DNA of 32,000 nt, taken from positions 1,950,001-1,982,000 of the forward strand of contig NC_008340.1 of the NCBI RefSeq assembly GCF_000014785.1, read 5' to 3'. Under the pieces are notes generated by a model, which saw only the letters and a list, made by a program, of their open reading frames with translations, did no database searches and was not told the DNA's origin. A program made the position numbers and the translations under genes. The first letter of the stretch is position 1. Every line of letters starts with the position of its first letter. Positions 26,020-32,000 of this stretch are shown here, piece after piece. The stretch is from Alkalilimnicola ehrlichii MLHE-1 (GTDB lineage Bacteria; Pseudomonadota; Gammaproteobacteria; Nitrococcales; Halorhodospiraceae).

Positions 26020-27741
26020 ATGGGTGCACCCACCGACATCGAGCCCTTCCGGCACCAATACCTGGATTACGACACCCTCACCGGGCAGTTGCAGCACTGG
26101 GCGTCGGCGCACCCGGAGGTGGCCCGCCTGGAGAGCCTGGGCACCAGCCCGGAGGGCCGCGAGATCTGGCTGCTCACCGTGGGCAGGCGGCCGGAGCGGT
26201 CGCGTCCCGCCGTCTGGGTGAACGGCAACATGCACGGTTCGGAGTTGGCCGGCTCCAGCGTGGCGCTGGCCGTGGCCGAGGCGGCCCTGCAACTCCACCT
26301 GAGCGGTGCCAACACCCACGGCGGACTGCTGCCCCATCTGGAGGAACAACTCCGCGGCGTGCTCTTCTACATCTGCCCGCGCGTCTCGCCCGACGGTGCG
26401 GAACAGGTGCTTCATCACGGCGGCTTCGTGCGCTCGGCACCCCGGCGCAGCCCCCACGCCCCCGACACCCCCCGTTGGGAACCGAGCGACTTGGACGGCG
26501 ATGGCCGCTGCCGCTATCTGCGGATGGAGGATCCGGCCGGGCCGTTCGTCGCCTCGCCCCGGCATGCCGGGCTGATGCTGCCCCGTGAACTGGACGACCC
26601 ACCCCCCTATTACCGCCTCTACCCGGAGGGGCTCATCCGTCACTGGGATGGCCACACCGTGCCGGAGCCGGAACCGTTGCGAGACACCCCCGATTTCAAC
26701 CGCAACTTTCCCTGGAACTGGCGGCCAGAGCCGGACCAGACCGGCGCTGGGCACTTTCCAGGCTCCGAGCCCGAGACCCACGCGGTGCTCGATTTCGCCA
26801 CCCGCCATCCCAACATCTACGCCTGGCTCGATCTACACACCTTCGGCGGGGTCTTCATCCGCCCGCTGACCGGCGCCCCGGACGCCGCCATGGACCAGGA
26901 TGACCTGGCGCTCTACCGCCAATTGGCCGCCTGGGGCGAAATGCTCACCGGCTATCCCACGGTCAGCGGCTTCGAGGAGTTCACCTACGAACCCGAGACC
27001 CCGCTTTACGGGGACCTGACCGACTTCGCCTATCACCAACGCGCCTGCCTGGCCCAGGTCTGTGAACTCTGGGACCTCTTCCGCCGGCTCGACCTGCCCC
27101 GCCCGAAACGCTTCGTGGACCTCTACACCAGCCTGCACCGTGGCGACATGGAACGGCTGGCCCAGTGGGATGCCGAGCACAACCGCCAACGGCTCTTCCG
27201 GCCCTGGTTGCCCCTCAAGCACCCGCAAATCGGGCCGGTAGAGGTTGGCGGGCTGGACCCCAGCATCGGCATCTGGAACCCGCCCCCCGAAGCGCTGCCC
27301 GACATCTGTGACGGCATCGCCACCTATTGGTTGCGGGCTGCCGCCCTGCTACCCCGACTGACTATCGCCGGGCTGGAATGCCGCCCGCTGGGGGACGACC
27401 ACTGGGAGATCATCGCGGTCGTGGCGAATCACGGCTACCTGCCCACCTACGGCGTAGCCGCCGGCCGCAGTCGGCCCTGGAACGACGGTGTGGAAACCGA
27501 ACTCTGGCTGGAGGGCTGTACCCTGACCGAGGGCCAGCCGGCCCGCCAAGCCCTTGGCCATCTCGACGGCTGGGGCCGCGGATTGGGGAACATGGCGCAC
27601 ATGCCCTGGTTCCAGCGCTCACGGGGCAGCAGCCATCAGGCCCGGGCACGCTGGGTGGTGCGGGGCCGGGGCACAGTCACGCTGAGCGTCCGAAGCACCC
27701 GGCTCGGGACCCTGGCACAGACCCGGCGACTCACCCCTTGA
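26020..27741 (+). CDS. M14-family zinc carboxypeptidase
   Basis: ATG at 26020. VWVNGNMHGSELAGSSVAL (HxxE), YICPRVSPDGAEQVL, DFNRNFPWNW, NIYAWLDLHTFGGVFIRP. About 573 aa with a C-terminal extension. Confidence 0.87.
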   Translation: MGAPTDIEPFRHQYLDYDTLTGQLQHWASAHPEVARLESLGTSPEGREIWLLTVGRRPERSRPAVWVNGNMHGSELAGSSVALAVAEAALQLHLSGANTHGGLLPHLEEQLRGVLFYICPRVSPDGAEQVLHHGGFVRSAPRRSPHAPDTPRWEPSDLDGDGRCRYLRMEDPAGPFVASPRHAGLMLPRELDDPPPYYRLYPEGLIRHWDGHTVPEPEPLRDTPDFNRNFPWNWRPEPDQTGAGHFPGSEPETHAVLDFATRHPNIYAWLDLHTFGGVFIRPLTGAPDAAMDQDDLALYRQLAAWGEMLTGYPTVSGFEEFTYEPETPLYGDLTDFAYHQRACLAQVCELWDLFRRLDLPRPKRFVDLYTSLHRGDMERLAQWDAEHNRQRLFRPWLPLKHPQIGPVEVGGLDPSIGIWNPPPEALPDICDGIATYWLRAAALLPRLTIAGLECRPLGDDHWEIIAVVANHGYLPTYGVAAGRSRPWNDGVETELWLEGCTLTEGQPARQALGHLDGWGRGLGNMAHMPWFQRSRGSSHQARARWVVRGRGTVTLSVRSTRLGTLAQTRRLTP

Positions 27742-29158
27742 CGCAGATCAGCGGGCGCAGGTGCGCCACCCGGCGCGCCAGCCCCGCCCGTTCGGCGGCG
27801 ATCACCACCTGGTCCACATCCTTGTAGGCGCCCGGGGCCTCCTCCGCCACACCGCGCATCGAGGGACTGCGGATCAGGATCCCGCGTTCGGCCAGTTCGT
27901 CCACCACCTGGCGGCCGCGCCAGCGCTTCAGCGCCGCGCGCCGGGACATGGCCCGGCCGGCACCGTGGCAGGCGGAGGAGAAGGCCTTGTCGCCGGCCCC
28001 CGTGCCCACCAGGATGTGCGAGCCGGTGCCCATGCTGCCGCCGATCAGCACCGGCTGACCGACCCCACGCAGCGCCTCGGGCAGATCGGCGTGGGCCGGG
28101 CCAAAGGCCCGGGTGGCGCCCTTGCGGTGGACGAAAAGCCGGCGCGGCCGGCCATCCACGGTATGGGTCTCGACCTTGCAGGTGTTGTGCGAGACGTCGT
28201 AGAGCAGGTCCAGCGGATGGTCGGGGAAGAAACGGGCGAAGACCTCGCGGGCGAACTCCCCCAGGATCTGCCGGTTGGCCAGGGCGCAGTTAATGGCGCT
28301 GCGCATGGCCCCCAGGTAGCGCTCGCCGATGGGCGAGTGGATGGGGGCACAGGCCAGTTCCCGGTCCGGCAGGTGGATGCCAGCCTCGGCGGCGGCGGGC
28401 AGCATGTCACGCAGGAACTCGGTGCCGATCTGATGGCCCAGACCGCGCGAGCCGCAGTGAATGGTCACCACCACATCGCCCTCGGCCAGGCCGAGCACGG
28501 CCGCGGTATCCGGATCGTAGAGGGTCTCCACCGCCTGCACCTCCAGGTAGTGGTTGCCCGAGCCCAGAGTGCCCATCTCCCGGCGCTGGCGCTTCTTGGC
28601 CCGCTCGGACACGCAGTCGGGATCGGCCCCCTCCATCCGGCCCCGCTCCTCAATGCGCGCCAGGTCCTCGGCCCCGCCCCATCCCTTCTCCACCGCCCAG
28701 GCGGCGCCGCCGCGCAGCATGGCATCCATCTCCCGGCCCTGCAGGGTGATGCCGCTGTGGCTGCCGACCCCGGCGGGGATGCTCGACATCAGGGCATCGG
28801 CCAGGCGCTCCTGCACACGGCGCACCTCCGGCACCGTCAGCCCGGTGAGCAGGGTGCGCACCCCGCAGGAGACATCGAAGCCCACGCCGCCGGCGGACAC
28901 CACCCCGCCCTCATTCGGGTCGAAGGCGGCCACGCCGCCGATGGGAAAGCCATAGCCCCAGTGGGCGTCCGGCATCACGTAGGCGCCCTTGACGATACCG
29001 GGCAGCGAGGCGACGTTGGCGGTCTGCTCGGCCACCTTGTCGTCCATGGCCCGGATCAGCGTCTCGTCACCGTAGATGATGCCGGGCACCCGCATGGCGC
29101 CACTGGGCTCAATCTGCCAGCTCGTCTCGTCGATGCGGGTCAAACGTGAGGTATCCAT
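27731..29158 (-). CDS. rtcB: RNA-splicing ligase RtcB
   Basis: PDAHWGYGFPIGGVAAFD, GVGFDVSCGVRTLLT, GTLGSGNHYLEVQ, VTIHCGSRGLGHQIG, YDVSHNTCKVE, GGSMGTGSHILVGTG. Confidence 0.97.
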   Translation of the reverse strand: MDTSRLTRIDETSWQIEPSGAMRVPGIIYGDETLIRAMDDKVAEQTANVASLPGIVKGAYVMPDAHWGYGFPIGGVAAFDPNEGGVVSAGGVGFDVSCGVRTLLTGLTVPEVRRVQERLADALMSSIPAGVGSHSGITLQGREMDAMLRGGAAWAVEKGWGGAEDLARIEERGRMEGADPDCVSERAKKRQRREMGTLGSGNHYLEVQAVETLYDPDTAAVLGLAEGDVVVTIHCGSRGLGHQIGTEFLRDMLPAAAEAGIHLPDRELACAPIHSPIGERYLGAMRSAINCALANRQILGEFAREVFARFFPDHPLDLLYDVSHNTCKVETHTVDGRPRRLFVHRKGATRAFGPAHADLPEALRGVGQPVLIGGSMGTGSHILVGTGAGDKAFSSACHGAGRAMSRRAALKRWRGRQVVDELAERGILIRSPSMRGVAEEAPGAYKDVDQVVIAAERAGLARRVAHLRPLICVKG

Positions 29159-29188
29159 GACAGCCTCCGAGGTTTCGGGCTCCGCCGC

Positions 29189-29629
29189 TCAGACGTCCAC
29201 GACGCAGCCCGCTGTCCAACGCCCCTGCCGGTCGCGGCCGACGCTCAGGGCGGTGTAGGTGGCGCCTTTGGGCTCGCAGGCCGGGGCATGGCGGGCGCGG
29301 TCCACCGGCTCGCCCCACAGGCTGGCTTCCAACCGATCGCCCCGCAGCCGCACCGAGTAGTCGCCGAACAACAGACCGCCCACCGCCATCTCATAGATGA
29401 CGGCGTTCAGCCAGTCCACCAGCAACAGCTCCCTGTCCGGGGCCTGGCAGTGCACATCCACCCGCTCGCGGGCGGCCAGCGGGGCGTCGGTGACCACCCG
29501 GGTCAGCGCCACCGCCGCCTGCTCGAAGGCGGCCTCCGGGGTGGGGCCCCAGCCACACACCCGCACGTCGGCATCGTGCGGCTCCAACGCCCAGCCCCGC
29601 TCCGATTGCTCGCGCTGCGCCATGCTCAT
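29189..29629 (-). CDS. Archease
   Basis: HDADVRVCGWGPTPEAAFEQAAVALTRVVTD...LLLVDWLNAVIYEMAVGGLLFGDYSVRL...EPKGATYTALSVGRD; directly upstream of rtcB on the same strand. Confidence 0.9.
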   Translation of the reverse strand: MSMAQREQSERGWALEPHDADVRVCGWGPTPEAAFEQAAVALTRVVTDAPLAARERVDVHCQAPDRELLLVDWLNAVIYEMAVGGLLFGDYSVRLRGDRLEASLWGEPVDRARHAPACEPKGATYTALSVGRDRQGRWTAGCVVDV

Positions 29630-29820
29630 CGCGTCATTCTCCTGCACCGCGCCCTCCCGATCTAACCGATCCCGGACCGGGCCGGCCGTCCATGGAGGGC
29701 GGCCGGCGGCTCTTCTATAGTGGCGACAAGGGCCCGCACCTGGTGCCCGCCCCACGGCGTCCACGCCTTACCCCTTACCATGGCCGCAAAGCGCCATGAA
29801 TGCCAATGCGGAGTCCGAAC

Positions 29821-30417
29821 ATGCGCGCAAGATGGCTGCTTGCAGGCACCCTGGCCCTCGCCCTCGCGGGGTTCGCCGTTCTGTCGGCGCCCGCTGCTGA
29901 ACCCCGGGCCGGGCTGCGGGTGGATTACTCCCCATCCCCGGGCACCGCCCTCGCCGACCCGGCGCGGCAGCCGGTGGCGGCCCTGACCCGGGTGGATGCC
30001 AACTTCAACCGGCTGCGCCGCTACAGCACCGAGCTGACCCTGACCTACCCCGATGCCCCGGCCGGCGACAGCCGCCACACGGTGCGCATCCGGGTGGTCC
30101 GGGTACACCCCCATGTGGCCATCCACTACTTCAAGCGTGACCGTGACGCGTACATGTACCTGAACCACGGCCTGGACGACCGGGGCTACCGCTACTACCA
30201 CGCGGTGCAGTTCCCGGTGATCGGGATGAAGACCTACATTACCGAGCACGCCATGGACAATGACGGGGAGATCGCACCCCGCGAGCTCCTGGACGAGGAC
30301 GCCCGCCGCATCCTGGCGCTGCAGCTTTCCGAGATCGACCGCTACGGCGGCATCGCCGCCTATGCGGCCATGCTGGAGAAACGCGGCTACTTCCCGGCGA
30401 CGGGCCCGGGCATCTGA
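29821..30417 (+). CDS. Predicted secreted protein of unknown function
   Basis: MRARWLLAGTLALALAGFAVLSAPAAEP signal peptide; body HTVRIRVVRVHPHVAIHYFKRDRDAYMYLNHGLDDRGYRYYHAVQFPVIGMKTYITEHAMDNDGE, no family recognised. Confidence 0.7.
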   Translation: MRARWLLAGTLALALAGFAVLSAPAAEPRAGLRVDYSPSPGTALADPARQPVAALTRVDANFNRLRRYSTELTLTYPDAPAGDSRHTVRIRVVRVHPHVAIHYFKRDRDAYMYLNHGLDDRGYRYYHAVQFPVIGMKTYITEHAMDNDGEIAPRELLDEDARRILALQLSEIDRYGGIAAYAAMLEKRGYFPATGPGI

Positions 30418-30476
30418 CAGGCCGCAATGAGGCGGCCGCAACGCCAGACGGGCAGGGACGACCACAGGGTGAGCCG

Positions 30477-31454
30477 ATGAAACTGTTCGCACTCAACGCC
30501 AGTCGGGATTTCGGTGCCCGCGTGGCCGAGGCCCTGGGATCGCCCCTGGCCGAGCACGAGGAGCGCGAGTTCGAGGACGGTGAGCACAAGGCGCGCCCGC
30601 TGACCGGCGTACGCGGCGAGGACGTCTACGTCCTGCAGAGCCTGCACGGCGACCCGGCGCAGGGGGTGAACGAGCGCCTGGCGCGCCTGCTGTTCTTTCT
30701 GGCCACCGTGCGCCAGGCCGGCGCGGCCCGGGTCACCGCCGTCATCCCCTACCTCGCCTACGCCCGCAAGGACCGCCAGACCAAGCCGCGCGACCCGGTC
30801 ACCACCCGCTACCTGGCGCAGTTGCTCGAGGCCATGGGCATCGACGCGGTGATCACCCTGGAGGTGCACAACCGGGCGGCCTTCCAGAACGCCTTCCGCT
30901 GCCAGGCCCATCCGCTGGACACCCGCCGCTTGTTCGCCGCCCACATCCGCGGGCGCTGCGAGAACGACCCGGTGGTGGTCGCCTCCCCCGACCCGGGCGG
31001 CGTCAAGCGCGCGCAGGGCTTTCAGGAGACCCTGGCCGCCCTGCTGGACCGGCCGGTGGGCGCGGCGTTCGTGGAGAAGCGGCGCAGCGAGGGGGTGGTG
31101 AGCGGTGAGGCCCTGGTGGGCGACGTGGCCGGGGCCTCGGTGTGGCTGATGGATGATCTGATCAGCAGCGGCGGTACCCTGGCCCGCGCCGCCGCGGCCT
31201 GCCGGCGTCAGGGCGCAGCGCGGGTGGTCGGGCTGGCCGCCCACGGGCTGTTCACCGGTGACGCCGGGCGGGTGCTCAGTGACTCCGCGCTGGAGCGGAT
31301 CCTCATCACCGACACCGTCCCCCCCGACCGCCTCGACCCCGCGGTGGCGGAGCAACGCCTGGAGATTGTCAGCGCCGCGCCGCTGTTCGCGGAGGCCATC
31401 CGCCGCACCCACAAGGGCGGCTCGCTCACCGAGTTGCTGGAGGGCCCAGGTTAG
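30477..31454 (+). CDS. Ribose-phosphate pyrophosphokinase-like protein (divergent Prs paralog)
   Basis: MKLFALNASRDFGARVAEALG, VTAVIPYLAYARKDRQTKPRDPVTTRYLAQLLEAMG, VVVASPDPGGVKRAQGF, PRPP-loop VWLMDDLISSGGTLARAA. Confidence 0.85.
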   Translation: MKLFALNASRDFGARVAEALGSPLAEHEEREFEDGEHKARPLTGVRGEDVYVLQSLHGDPAQGVNERLARLLFFLATVRQAGAARVTAVIPYLAYARKDRQTKPRDPVTTRYLAQLLEAMGIDAVITLEVHNRAAFQNAFRCQAHPLDTRRLFAAHIRGRCENDPVVVASPDPGGVKRAQGFQETLAALLDRPVGAAFVEKRRSEGVVSGEALVGDVAGASVWLMDDLISSGGTLARAAAACRRQGAARVVGLAAHGLFTGDAGRVLSDSALERILITDTVPPDRLDPAVAEQRLEIVSAAPLFAEAIRRTHKGGSLTELLEGPG

Positions 31455-32000
31455 CCGCGGCCCTTTCAGCCAGGGACAGGTAGTCGGCGGCCAGCGGCAC
31501 CCACCGCTCCGGGCTGCGCGGGTCGGGTTCCAGCAGGTGGGCGAGCGCCAGGCGCGCCCGCAGGCAAGCCCGGTACGCAGTGTAGAAGGCCAGCAGCGGG
31601 GCGCCGGGGTGGTCATCCAGGGCCTCGCCGCACTGGCGGATCAGTCGCGGGCCGATCCAGGGCGCCCCCAGCCGGTCGCACTCCATACCCAGGAAGGCCA
31701 GCTCGTCGAAAGGGTCTACCTGACGGAGGGCAAGGCTGAACTCCAGGCCGTCGATCACTACCGGGGTATCACACAGGCAGACGTGCTCCGGGCGCAGATC
31801 GCCATGCCCCTCCACGATTCGCCCCGCCCGCGCCCTCTCACGCAGGGCCGGCGCCCCCGCCTCCAGCCACCGGTCCAGCGCGTCCAATACCCGCTGGAGG
31901 GCGCCTTTGGGCAGCGCGAAACGCGGGTCGGTGAGCACCGCCCGATTCCTCGCATGCTCGCCAGCGAAACGCTGCAGATACGTCTGCGGCGAGACCGGCT
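31426..32000 (-). CDS. Phosphotransferase/kinase-like protein (COG2187-type), C-terminal part; 5' end outside window
   Basis: IVEGHGDLRPEHVCLCDTPVVIDGLEFSLALRQVDPFDELAFLGMEC. The frame stays open and protein-like to the right edge (..QTYLQRFAGEHARNRAVLTDPRF). 29-nt convergent overlap with the Prs-like gene. Confidence 0.72.
   Translation of the reverse strand, partial: PVSPQTYLQRFAGEHARNRAVLTDPRFALPKGALQRVLDALDRWLEAGAPALRERARAGRIVEGHGDLRPEHVCLCDTPVVIDGLEFSLALRQVDPFDELAFLGMECDRLGAPWIGPRLIRQCGEALDDHPGAPLLAFYTAYRACLRARLALAHLLEPDPRSPERWVPLAADYLSLAERAAANLGPPATR

Noticed and set aside
25903-26808. N-terminal half of the 572-aa minus-strand ORF 25090-26808
   Set aside because: Antisense to the M14 gene. 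The real amidotransferase begins MCELL at 25902, since an N-terminal catalytic Cys is required.
27761-29149. 462-aa plus-strand ORF opposite rtcB
   Set aside because: Exactly mirrors rtcB, is His/Gly/Ala-rich and has no motif.

Overview
GC-rich gammaproteobacterial chromosomal segment, gene-dense. The gene content is reminiscent of haloalkaliphilic Ectothiorhodospiraceae, but that placement is inference. No phage, IS, CRISPR, rRNA or tRNA signal was recognised. Left part: a nitrate-assimilation locus with nrtA (5' truncated by the window), nrtB, nrtD, SUMT/cobA and a HemD-like protein. A convergent NIT+ANTAR (NasR-type) antitermination regulator follows, with a sigma54-like element and NtrC-like dyads upstream. 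Then a two-domain MliC/COG3650-like lipoprotein, rarA-lolA-ftsK, and the N-degron transferases aat and bpt. Next comes an MBL-fold hydrolase whose reading frame breaks at a G7 tract, then a hotdog thioesterase, a cysteine-synthase-like PLP enzyme and an AidB-like acyl-CoA dehydrogenase. The most system-like accessory block (17.3-23.7 kb) holds two unrelated ATP-grasp ligase-like proteins flanking a GNAT acetyltransferase, an M20 amidohydrolase and a CocE/NonD (S15-like) hydrolase. The right part has a BaiN/HI0933-type flavoprotein, a YafJ-like class II amidotransferase, an M14 carboxypeptidase, an RtcB-archease RNA repair pair, a secreted orphan, a divergent Prs paralog and a truncated phosphotransferase-like ORF. 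All family assignments are from reading the translated motifs; no database search was run.
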